Assembly: GCA_002633005.1 (NCBI GenBank)
Contig: NMRA01000020.1
Coordinates: 273,621 to 337,620, forward strand
Length of the DNA stretch: 64,000 nucleotides
Reading direction: 5' to 3'
DNA from: Phoronis australis
Taxonomy: Eukaryota; Animalia; Phoronida
Part shown: positions 25,564-37,867 of the stretch, in pieces
How positions within the stretch are numbered: position 1 is the stretch's first letter
How the letters are laid out: each line of letters begins with the position of its first letter
Notes under the pieces: generated by a model
Databases searched by the model: none
Told to the model about the DNA's origin: nothing
Seen by the model: the letters and a program-made list of their open reading frames with translations, nothing else
Made by a program: the position numbers and the translations under genes

Positions 25564-28500
25564 AGAAAACGACACTGAGTGTTTTCGCAAGAAAGCTTCC
25601 AAACGTTGAATTCAAGCCAAGATGATTTTGTGTCCAGCACAATGTTAACAACCAAGCGATCTAGCTAATAAGTTTGTTTACCGACTAGAAATCAATTCTA
25701 GTTATTTTACTGTGAAACGTGTCGTCTGCCGTCCAGCCGATATTTGGCAACAGCGATGATGTTTGTTGAGTGGACACGGAGTGTACAGGTTACGATCTAC
25801 GGAAACCTTCACGTCAGCTGATACACCAAGGCTACCTTAGATGTGTTGTCTTATTTTTGTGAAATGTTGCCCTCTCCGTATACATGCACTTGAGTACAGC
25901 CTATTATCTCAGCGCGATAACCCCTCGAGAGCCAAGGTTAAAAAACATGTTTGAAATGAGGAACCTGCAATGAAATTTCGATTAATGTTTTTACTTATTC
26001 TGCCTAACATAGGGTAAGTAATATTTTTCTACTGGAATTTTGCTTCAGCTGTCTAAAATTGGCGTTATCACCTACCAAAATTTATCCGAAAAGTTGGTGG
26101 AAATTATTGCCACCTTAACTTTACAGTATTAGCGAGAAAAATAATTCTGCAAAAATCAGCGCTACTGCGGAGTCGAACTCACTAGCTCTGCAGAAACAGC
26201 CCGACTCCGAGCCAAATCCCACGCGTAAAACGGCAGAGTATTTTAAGCGTATTTTAATGGTAAAGTCACCGGACTCGATTTCAACGAATGTGTGACTGAC
26301 AACGGTAAGAATTTGCAATTTGTAATAAAATCACAAAAACACAACGGAATTAGTTGTTTTATAGCTCTAGTCAAAACTAATGACTTCCAGAAGTCTATCC
26401 CATGCACTACAATTCCAAATTAATGCATTTTTCAACCGATAATGTCTCTTTAAGTGACCCAAACGCCTCGTCAGCTGCCATGTTTACATTTTTTTACCTC
26501 ATGCGTATTCACTTGATCTGATTGAAAATGCTTTAGGTGAGCATAAACTATAGTAGCTGTCTATGACCTATGGCGTGACAACAAACAACAACAATGAAAA
26601 TGATTCAAAAATTTTATGCAATGACCTCATATTACAACAATAACGTTACATTTCTATCATACACAAAAGCAGCGACAAGACTAGCAGTAGAACAAACATT
26701 TTCCAAACACCCCCCCTGGCGCCCGTTTCATGAAGCTTTTCTTCAGTCACAAGTTATTTGCTTGTATGGATGGCGTCAACAGCTTTATTCATTGAATACA
26801 ACCCGACACCTGGTGGCGAAATGCTGGTTTCTATGAAGGACAAGAATAGAGAAATGGACCCAGGAATGGCACTTCTAACATTGCCACAATTTTTGTTTCA
26901 AACACTCATCCATTCGTTCAATAAAAAGGAAAACAAAGGAATAGCTTTCAGAAATCCTGAAAAAAATTTGCACATGGGCTATATGCAGCTCAGCATAGCC
27001 ACCTAAAAGATATTGGCATAATCCTTCAGTACAAACTAACATACGATATCGACAAATGCTGCTATAAAAACATAACAATGGTAATATTACCTCATTGCAT
27101 ACTAATGCATGAGTTCCACAAAAGCTAAATAAATTGCTTTACATAAAGAAGAATACAAAAACGTGCAAGATTATGGTTTCACTCGACTCCGCTGGTCTTA
27201 TCTATCAACAAACAGACCTCTAGGCTGATCATGACGCCCCCTAGCGGTGGAACACACATAAGTAACTATATCATATACAGAATACACACACTTACAGGCA
27301 GACATTGACAATTATGGAAAAACTCCAGATTAACAGATTGCATAGAATATGATATCACAAAAATCAGCCAAGATTTCAATTTTATTCAAATACAAAGAAT
27401 AATGTTCAAACAAGACACTGAATTTACAACTGCCAGATGAAAACGGGTTTACTCATGGTGTGAAAGGAAACACTGTATCAGGAAATAAGTGGCTTTCGTG
27501 AAGCAACATGCAATGGTCACGTGCAAACAACACCTGCAGCTGTCCGGTGCCACTTAACGACTCGTTCGACTTGTTCGTTGACAAGGTGACACATTCCCAA
27601 CTTTGTAAGAACACGATTCGGAGTAAATGTCAGACATAATTAAAGGCATGTTACAAAATTACAAACTTATTCCCATGAAAAGTGGTGCACAATAGAAGGC
27701 ATGTGTGCCGTGCCTACTGTCGCCACTGCTTGATTACAATTACAAGCCCCCCACATTGATAACCATCAGATATGTAAACATGAGTGTAATATGTAAATGG
27801 GTTTTCATGGATGATATGTAACACCAGTAAACATCATTTAAAGCAGCTACAAATCAGACTTCTGTCATAACACCTTACAATCGAGTCTCCTAAGCATTAA
27901 ATAGTTCCCTACCATCAAATAGTTCATTACTCAATTTAGAAGCGATTTGTGGGCTTGGGGGCAATAGTCAGATATAACGTGCCAGGAGAACCAGTTTGAC
28001 GCCCTTTGTTCAAAGGAGAAAACTGGTTCTTAAAATTCAGGCACATTATATCTGACCATTACCGGTTTGGAAACTGGTAGATCTTTATTGCTGAGTCCAG
28101 GCTCAAGAAGTCGGCTTGACCCCAAAGGTCATTCTACACACCAACCATGGCCTCAAGCAGTGATGTGCTCTCAGAGCTTCCCAAGTCTTCCAACCTTAGT
28201 TAGGAACAAATTGTGACCCATTTAAGTCTTAAGGATTAGTGGTCAGCGTTAAATGTTATCTTTCTGACACAAGAAGGGACCAATCATAGCAGCTTTAGGA
28301 ATAGAAAAATGCTACGACATTTAAATCTACATTTATATCATGGATGGGCTCTGCTAAAGTGAAAAATCAGGTTATTGGTGTAATGGGCCCGGCCTTGGGC
28401 CTAAACACACCTGATGTACCGCTAAACACAATTGATGTACTGCAAAAGGCATCAGGCCACCTGCACTCTTTTTTACTAAAGCAAATGAATAGGAAAATAA

Positions 28501-28896
28501 ATGAATCTTATTCAACTTTGAAAGCTGACGATATAAATACCACCATTACATTGGCCTCGGTGTTTAAAGATAAATTCTACGTCCAGAGTGGAGTGATTAC
28601 CAAATAGTTCTCAACTCATTTGAATTCCCAAGGTAAGACTGGCTTTTCATCCTTAACAAAATCTCACAGGAAGTTGAAAAGTAAATACCAAATGCAACTA
28701 GAATTCTCTCAAAACAAAGTAAGCCACAAAGCTATACTCAGATATCCACATATTGTCAACTTACAACAACAAAAGCTCACGTTTTCTCAACATTTTATGT
28801 GAGAAAACAATTCATGAGCAACTCTTAAGATATTCCTCGTAAAAAAACCTAACACTTTTACATTAATTGTCTAAATTCTAGCAAAACAATCCCCAG

Positions 28897-28980
28897 TCAA
28901 ACATTACAAAGTGCACGTGACCACAATAAAATTTTACGAAGTGCATGTGACCCAAGTCAAATAATACAAAGTGCATGTGA
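28897..28980. repeat. Degenerate minisatellite, 3 x about 29 bp
   Basis: Recurring tacaaagtgca(c/t)gtga core. Confidence 0.7.
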
Positions 28981-30955
28981 TCCTGCTCCCTATACTGACA
29001 AAATTCTATTCATCTGCTAAGTAGAACCAACTACAAATAATCCCACAGTATAAATACATTATTTGAAAATCTTAAATATTGTGAAATTAATAAACAAGGT
29101 TCTCATTTTCAGAAAAACCTCAATTCAAACAACCAAAAGCTTAAATATCAATAAATTACACCTGTCCATCTATTTAGTGATTTTAAGTTCGACATTTACC
29201 TATCCCTATCAATCATATTTAGCATCAACTTTTTCTAAAACTTTGCTTCATATTTCCAACATGAGCTCCAGCTTCCAGTCTCATGATTTTCATTGATAGC
29301 ACCTGAAGATATCTATGTAATAAATATTGGGAAATTGGTTAGGCAAAAATAGCATAACTGGTTCTGGTCTGTTTTTCTTCAAAATTCAAGCAGTGATGCC
29401 ATATTTTTAGAATTTTTGAAAACTAAGGAAATTCACCAAATGCCAGATAAAATAGTTCCAAATCCATCTTTTCTTCTTTTAACCAGTGTCACCTAACACA
29501 AGATTTGAAGCCCAAGCTCTAACTAAGTCGGGCGCAGACCAGAATCTATTCTATTTTTAGCCTTGCATGTCACAACATAAATATTCAGGCACTCGGAGGA
29601 AATAGAGCTGCAAAAATGCAATGTGGCTGGCTGCAGTTAAACAGCGCAATAGTGCAAACTCTGTAACAACGGAGTGTGTGGAAAACTAAACCAAAAAAGA
29701 GACACGAACCAAGTGGCCAACATCACTTCCTAGTTCGAGAACCCATGTTTCCAAAAATTTCTTCTCTAGATTGTGCACTTATACAATTCAATGATGAGTA
29801 CAAAAGATAACATAAAGTATTGTGTTATGTTCTCCAGGTTATTTCTAATTCCAGGGATGAATTACATCCATGAAAGAAAGTCGCAAAGCTCTTGCAGCAA
29901 GACATCTTCACTTACGTAACGGAAACAATGGATTTCATTCCATAACTCAAAATTCCGACCACACCAACAAATCACTTCAACTAACGTCATTTTGCTATCA
30001 TGGTACATCAGCAATTTCTCAAGCATACTGACAAAACACTAATCTTTCACTTGCATGACTGTACGATCTTGCTTTTTTCTTGAGTTTCTCGCTTACTTGC
30101 ACAAGAGCACCTAAGTCATCTCCATGAGACATCGCATTCTAGAAACATTATAATGTAAATGAATAATATACAAAATCATCTTTTGTAAGATATGCTGCAA
30201 TAGTTTTCTCAACACCACCAACACAACCAAAGAAAAACTTTAAAACCAAAATCATTCGTAGAAGATGAAATGAAATTTTTAGTAATTCACCTGTTTAGTA
30301 CATGATATGGTGGGCGAGTAAATTTTACTTTGTCCAGTTCCTCAACAAAAACAAAGAAAAGAAAACTACAGCCTACAATCAGCTTGGTTCGTAAAGCGTG
30401 GACGTCATAAAAGATTGTTTGGTAAAGTTTCCAATACTTCCTGCACACTAATTAGCCTTTGAAAAATGACAAGACAACCATTTTTATGTAAACATAAGAA
30501 TTACCATAAAAAAACGACAAATCCAACACATCAAGGTAAAAAGTTCAAAAATGCACAAGACATTGCTGATACCATGTTCTGCATGAACACAACCTTGGGT
30601 ACCAACGTCTACCTCAAGAGGGCGAGTAACTAGAATGACCAGCTACCATGTTGACCAACTTCCACAATGACCTATTTCAACCGTGACCTAGAAAAAATCT
30701 TAAAAACAAGGTGGAATCTTAAGGTTACACACCCTGTTGTTTTAAATACATTATAATCCCCTTCCAATAAATTGCTTCAAAATTAAAGAAATTGCATCGT
30801 CCAATTTACACCCTATTTAAGTATCACGACATAAAGAATTCCCATGGCAATATCACACAACCCTATGTAGGTTAAAGAGCCTAGGCTGGTTAGCTGTGCT
30901 GGTTTTTTAAAATGGAAGAATGTATAAGACAATCTCGATCGCGTTACACGCCAAC

Positions 30956-33900
30956 TCATAACAGGACGTTCAAATGTTTTTGTTTCGGCTTCACATCTTC
31001 TTCTTCTTCGTCCGAATGACATCCTCCGTACTCGTCATGCAGCGTAGTGTTCACAGTACAATCCAACCTGTGTCCATCTTCCTCGTACTCCGGAGGCGGC
31101 GGCGAATCAGATCGATTCATTATCCGCATTTCCTCGTCGCCTTTCTTCGTCCCAATGTCGTTGGTGGGACTGGAACGTCGCCTGCGACTCTTTCGTCTAC
31201 GGCACAGAACCACGCACACAATGACAGCTACAAAAATGCCGAGAGCGAACGCCCCGCTGATCAAGCCAATACACATGGGTTGACCGAGACAGCCGATTGC
31301 AGCCTCTGATACTGTAATGAAATAGATGCAGGGAATAATGAGTTAAAAACTATGCCCATTTTTTATTGACACTCTGTGGTCATTTAAGTTATGTTATCAA
31401 CAAGAAAATCTTTTTCCTGAGATTCGCCTGAACACGGAATTGGAACCTGAAACTCTTGCGTCATAGCTAATCACTCTGGTGGCGGAGCTAAAATACACTC
31501 AATATACATCAGAGCAGTGTAAGCGTAATAATGTGACCTTGATTAAAGCCATTGTTTGGCAGGCAACGGCAGGCATTAGTGATCTGTTATAAAATAACAA
31601 AAAGATAAACTGATTTTACAGTGTCGTAGCTCCCGTTAAAACTAATCACTTAACAAAAAAGCTTATCTCATTCAACAATCCCCAAAATGTGTTTGTCAAC
31701 CATAAAACAATAATGTTGTTAAAACAAACCAAATTCTAATTATAAGGTACAGTTCAACTACATGAGACCTATCTATTTTTTCATCTTCTTAAGACCAAGA
31801 CGCAGTATCGTAGCCAAAACTGAAGAGAGATATTACAAGCGTTGTGTAATAGACAAAAATCACACTTCTAATCCCTTTCTCATTTCTATAGTAACCTTTT
31901 GATAGAAACCCTTAGCAATTGCTTGAACACAAATGTAAAGCTAGGCATCATGCCAAGAACAACAAACACACATGATTTAACGACTTGCCACAATTTCACA
32001 GATTCAACTTCAAGACAAGACCACTGATGGTAATTTGGCGTTCACACGAGATATTTTTAGACGCACACACTGCTGTGTTCACATGAAGGTTGTTCTACAG
32101 TCCAAGCAGTCATATAACTTCTTCCATCACAACTACTACTCCTAATACTCTTACAGTGACACCTGGAACTCCTTAAGTATTTCCCTACCCTCAAATTATG
32201 TCTGTGAGGTGTTTCATACATGTGCATGTAAGTACTTCAATCACTACAGCTAAGGGATTTCGATTAAGAGACGGGTAAAATCATGGCTGCTCAAAAGTCG
32301 TACGTGAAGGTCTTGCTCAGTCTTTAGGCTGCCTTCTTATGTATTGCTAATCCTGTTGTCACAGGGGAATCCCCGCACATTTGACGTTACTCCCCATTTT
32401 GACTATCACACGACCTGCTGTAATAATCGAAGCTCATATGTGCAGATATGAAACACCTCCGAGTGATAATTTGAGGCTACGAAAATTCCCAAGTATTGCA
32501 GATGTTACAGCTACTTACTACTCGGAGAATAGATGGCGCTGACGTGTGGCTTGACAGAGACAGAATCAGCGAGGGGGTTGCCTGATATCTGGCAGTGATA
32601 TGTATGTTCTCCCGTCAGCCCTCCTGCTGTGAGAGTGAGGCGCAATGTGGCAGTATAGGAGCATGTCTTGTTGTTCATCTTCTGCACAACAGGGTGCAGC
32701 ACCTCATAGCTACTGGTGTTTCGGACAGTGACTGAAGGCTCGCCGTCCTAGAAAGAAAAATGTAAGAAAATGAGATTTAAAGTCAATAAACCATCGAACA
32801 TTACATCGTTTAAAAAATTCAAAATTTGTTAAATACACAGCAGAGGTGTCTATTTTATTTCTTAATTATTGGACACTCGCTTAAACTCCCAGTATATTTT
32901 GTAAATTGTCCAAAGAGCAAGAATGGAGCTGACAACCAAGAGACAATACGATGATGTATAAAGGTAGGCATGAACTATGGCCAAAAAGAGAGATACTCTG
33001 GGAACAGAGCCAGTGTGCCACAGTGAATAAATCATGCATCCTTAATGGCCAGTTGTCGAATTTCAAGTTTTCAAAGTAGGCACCTTGATTAACATGATGC
33101 ATCATGTTGCCAGAAAAGTATTTGAAATAACTAGTAATAATAACTTGTAATTAATACCACCCACAACATCAATGTTAATGTCACCCACAATGCATAGAGA
33201 CCCTAGTTTTACACGATATCGGAAACAAATGAAATTCACACAATCCTACTTATTGCAAGAAATTTTGAGCAAAAATTAAATATTTCAGTAGAAGATACTA
33301 TAATTATAATATTCCTAAGTTAAAATTGCAATCCCCATATCATTTTTATGCTATTTATCACTTTGATGTAATAAAACAGAATTTGCTAAATTCACAAAAT
33401 GGAATTTTATGCTTGCTAAAACACATTTTTCTGTTTTTGAAAACGGAAAACCAGGGTCTCTAAATGCAGTAAGTAAAATTCCAATATATAAAAGTTCCGT
33501 TTTCTAAAACATTGAAGGCACAGACAGCAATAACTAGGAAATTCCAAAATGACCAACACTTATTCGCTAGCATATATCAAGTCTGCCAATGTGAATCTTA
33601 GCACATGTGATATCAAGCAATTCTATGATATTCATAGCATAAAATCACTAACCTGCTGCATCAAGAAAACAACAATATAATACATACACTGTAATCAAAA
33701 ATAGATATGTTCAACTATGGCAATGTTTAGGGCTTAATGTATGACATGCGTAGACAGATAACGTCACAAAACGAGCTCTTTTTCAGCAAATAGTTTTCAC
33801 AGAGACTAAATCCCCAGTCTTAAGTGATAAAAACAGCTAAGTACGCAAACATGTAAGTGATTTATCGGTGTGTGACTGCAATATAATCGTATTACTTAAT

Positions 33901-36900
33901 AAATTTTCAAGGAATGATAACATATTCAAATGTCACTGTAATCAGCTGAAAGAGAAGTCATAAAGATTCCATTCATGTAAATCACCAACGATAATAGACT
34001 CGGTCCATGTGGACCAAGAAAAACACAACCGATACTGATAACGTCTTGAACACCAGCACCACATAAGAAAAGTGCTGAAAGTGAGCTACCAGGCAAATTG
34101 CGATTTCATGGGATTTCCGGACAAAAATTTAAACTTTCCACAATTTTTTTTTCAGGATATTTTCATATCTGTGGGAAACAGACGAATCATTTTCCTACAC
34201 AAAAGGTTCATATACAGTATTTTTCAGAGGTCGTGTTTTTGGGTTTTACAGTGCAATTAAGCAAAAGAAGCCGTAAACTGAGTAGACGATCTTCCTCTGT
34301 TTTTCACTCATAAAAGTACAGCTCAACTCATTTTCTAATACCACACAAGATAATAGTCTGATATAACGTGCACGCATTTTGAGAACTAGTTCTCTGCACA
34401 GAATATCTAGTTCACAAAATGCGGGATCAATTTGTCGACATGCAGGTCACTAGAGCAACCTCAGATATTGCTTAGTGACCATGCATGCGTACATTCTAGC
34501 ATGAAGGAAGTTAACAGATGGGAGTCGGAGTCATCTGGTAAAAATCCAAAGGGTCCATTTATGAGTCATTCCCAGGTAATGTGCGCTGATCGTCTGTTTC
34601 TATCGTAAGAAATGAGCCCGTACGTGATATTTAGTCCGAGGGGCAATTTAGTTGTTACTGAGTAAGAGCGACACTTCAAATTTTAAGATTGACAACAAAA
34701 AATTCACCCGAGCATCTAGGTATCTCCTATACTTCATTTATCGCTGTAGCCCCCTATGCGTCATTTGAAGGGGCAAGGAGGTTTGCAATATGTCTCCCAT
34801 AAAGCAGGAATTTTGCCACGCCACATTTGACGAGTTGAGGTCTTGCTAAGTATCGAGCCAGGCAAGGTGTGCATTATTTTGTGCTCCTCATCTGTTTGTT
34901 CCAGACTGGTTTTAAGTAATTGAAATAGACCGTACACCCCAAAAATGACATGGAAGGTGGGTACATGAGAAGTCGGTGCTTGGAACACAAGGACAAATAC
35001 TGTACATAGTACCACTCATTGACAGCAGTTACCAAGCAGGTCAATGAATGCACTACCTGTGATAGGAATACTTTGAGAAATCAAACCAGAACATGTGATG
35101 GGGTACCTAAGAATTTGCCTGTTGCTTATTCAAAGCCTCAGAAAGCTTTATTCAATAAACCTTTTTGCAATTGCTGTCACTAGCTGGTCGCAGCTACTAA
35201 CTTGTGTGCATGCCTCTTGCCAACTACTTTCAGTTTCTCATTGCTGACTACATTGCCAATATTCTGCATCAGTTTATGCTGCCCATAACCACCCATTTCG
35301 AATGCTGGACAAAAACACTGACTTTCAAAGTTAGAGCAGTTGATTGCTTCTTCTGAAAATTGCACACTCAGGTAAAGCCATACCAAGTACCAACAAACTT
35401 GATTCATAACATATGCTCGTTTTACCCCATTCCATTCCACAAGTCCCAAGCATACAAGTTGATTTGGTGACAATAAATTTTGGCTAGTCTAAAACAAAGA
35501 TTTTGAAAAAGCCAGTCAAGGTTTGTCGTAACATTGCTTGACAATACTTGAGGTTGTTAGTAAGAACACATGTTACTCGGGTCATTAGACATTTTATTTA
35601 ACGGAATGTAACAAGTTATTACCTTTTTGCGGATCCACTCAATAATAGGCACTGGCTCCACATTTTGCACAGTACATGTTAACTCTGCTGTTTTAACAAC
35701 CCGAAAATCAATTGATTCCGTTGGCTGGACAATGACGTTTTCTTCTTTGAACGGAGCTGGAGAAACAGAAACAAGAGACATTTCATCACGTTAACATCCA
35801 ATTAACAAAAAACATATGCCACGAGAAAGAAAACTAAGGAGATAGTGCTGTTTAAAGTGATGTTTAATTTGATGTTAGCTTAATGTTAAACATCGGTTAC
35901 AACAACATCTCCATAGTTTTCTTGCTGCTGTTGGAACCGATGTTTAACATCAAGTTGAGCCGATATTTAACTTAATGTTTGCATAGGCATAGCTTAAAAT
36001 TGAGAAACTTATATCATTGTTCCAATATTCCCAAGAAAAAAGGCAAATCATGAAAATCTTACGTAACGAGAGCACAATAACATCATTATTATCAACTTCA
36101 TTACATTTGCTCCAAAAAAGGGTTTGAGTGCTGAAACAGAGTGTACAAGAACATTGAATAATAACACAACTGGAGTAGGCTATACGGATAAGACCCGGCC
36201 GACTGCTTGCACCGGACACAAAACGTTATCGAACGTAGGCCTTACGCAGCATTTTAGTCAAATATTTTAAGTATTCTACACCAGACAGTATTTTGATGCA
36301 AACTGTCAGTTATGAAAACATGACTGGCATTTCATTTAGAACATCCCTGCCAAGTCACAGACATCACAGACGTATGACCCACTCATACACCGCATACACG
36401 TACGGAAGTTCTTATTTTGCACAAAAATAATGGCCAATTTTCTAATTTTAAAAAGGACACTATCTTGCTGCAGCTAATGGAAAGTTCGCCAAACATTATT
36501 TTATTACATCTACAAGAACCAAGCTTTCGTTATCTTCATTTTTGCTGAACATTTGAGGTATTTTATCACAACAAATTTCTCAACAAAATCAAACTTGAGA
36601 AAAATTTGACTTTGCCACTGGCAAGAATAGTACCGATATGCAAACACTGAAAGTCTAAAAAGGTGATTTTGACAATTATTTTTGTGCGATCTTGAAGCAA
36701 GATTACCAAAACTTTCCCTTGACAGTGATTAAAGGAAGCGCACTATGATGTGTGCAGAAAATCACCAATTTTCCAAATAACTCTATCTTGCACTGCAAAA
36801 CCTCTAAAACTGGCAATTTACAGACATTATTGTTACACACGTCATGGATGTAAATGGGTTTGTCTAAAAAACCTGATTTTTTCACCTTCTGCAACTGCAG

Positions 36901-37867
36901 AGGAGGCAGGGTAAGGGAGGTATTACACATAAAACGGGACGTTTGACTGCCTTTTAAATAGACTAAGGTTTTAGTGAAAATGAAATATACTGAAGTCAAA
37001 TGGACATTAATACTGTATCTAGTCAAAATTTCAATTTATAATACTTGAAAGTCTCGCTCTCCGAACCATGTCCATTTGAACTTGTTCCTTGAGGTTTTAT
37101 TGACAGCTTTCAGATCAAAAGTCTGATTTATTGTACTTGAAGGCTTTTCGTCTTTTTCCTACAGACAAAAAACCTATTGCGCTTCCTGATTTGTTGAAGG
37201 TGATATCATTGACCCAGTAGCCAATCACACTGCTGTTAATAGTTAATGATTCAGCAAAGCCGAGTAAAATGGCAGTGGCCTCATCACATTCGAGTTTTCA
37301 ATAAGAGGAAGATTACCCTTAAGAAAAAAGTCTACTGGAAAAAAAATTTCAAAATGAAAAAACGGCATTTCTAAATATATTATCAAAAAACGGAATTTGG
37401 CAATAAACCCAGAAAATTTACATCTCTGCAACATAAGTCCCACGAGTGATCTAGAGGAGGGGGAAGGTAAGGTGACTGCCACACCGGCCAGTCAAGAATC
37501 AACTCACTGTCAATTGTCTGGAAAAACTGTGACTTCTTATAGTCTGGGAATCCTTGCGCTTCACAAACATACTCCCCCTCATCGCAGGATGTAAACTTGC
37601 TAATTGTCAGCTTGTCCTCCATTTCACGTCCCACTTGTGAAAAGCGGTGAAGAATTTCAATGCCAGATGCCAGCTGTGTTGCTTGCTGGGTTAGAATATC
37701 AAAGTGGAACAAATCTTGAGAAACTTTGTTCTTTATTGTTGTTCTCTGCCACGCAAAGTCCAGTATTCTGTCCTTGTCACTGTCACTTCTCAACGAACAC
37801 TTGATATCCAGAGTATCATCTTTGCCCACTAGGACGCGCTGTGGGCCACTGGTTGAAAGGGAAAAGC
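30956..37867 (-). CDS. Type I membrane immunoglobulin-superfamily protein (V/I-like Ig + C2-like Ig + TM + cytoplasmic tail), 5'-partial; exons 37867-37508, 35756-35623, 32747-32519, 31311-30956
   Basis: Ig1: LDIKC..FAW..LTISKFTSCDEGEYVCEA. Ig2: AELTCTVQNVEPVPIIEWIRKK|DGEP..ATLRLTL..TYHCQIS. TM: IGLISGAFALGIFVAVIVCVVLC followed by RRRKSRRRR. All junctions are GT/AG with phases 1,1,0,1 and an open frame of about 359 aa. Confidence 0.9.
31424..31490 (-). mobile_element. Highly degenerate tRNA-like SINE head
   Basis: Minus strand tagctc... and caggttccaattcc at tRNA-like spacing. Confidence 0.3.
33195..33462. mobile_element. MITE with 6-bp TSD
   Basis: tagagaccctagtttt ... aaaaccagggtctcta, with aatgca on both flanks. 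Confidence 0.8.

Noticed and set aside
26155-26240. tRNA gene on the minus strand
   Set aside because: Only a B-box-like gagttcgactc is present, with no convincing A box or cloverleaf.
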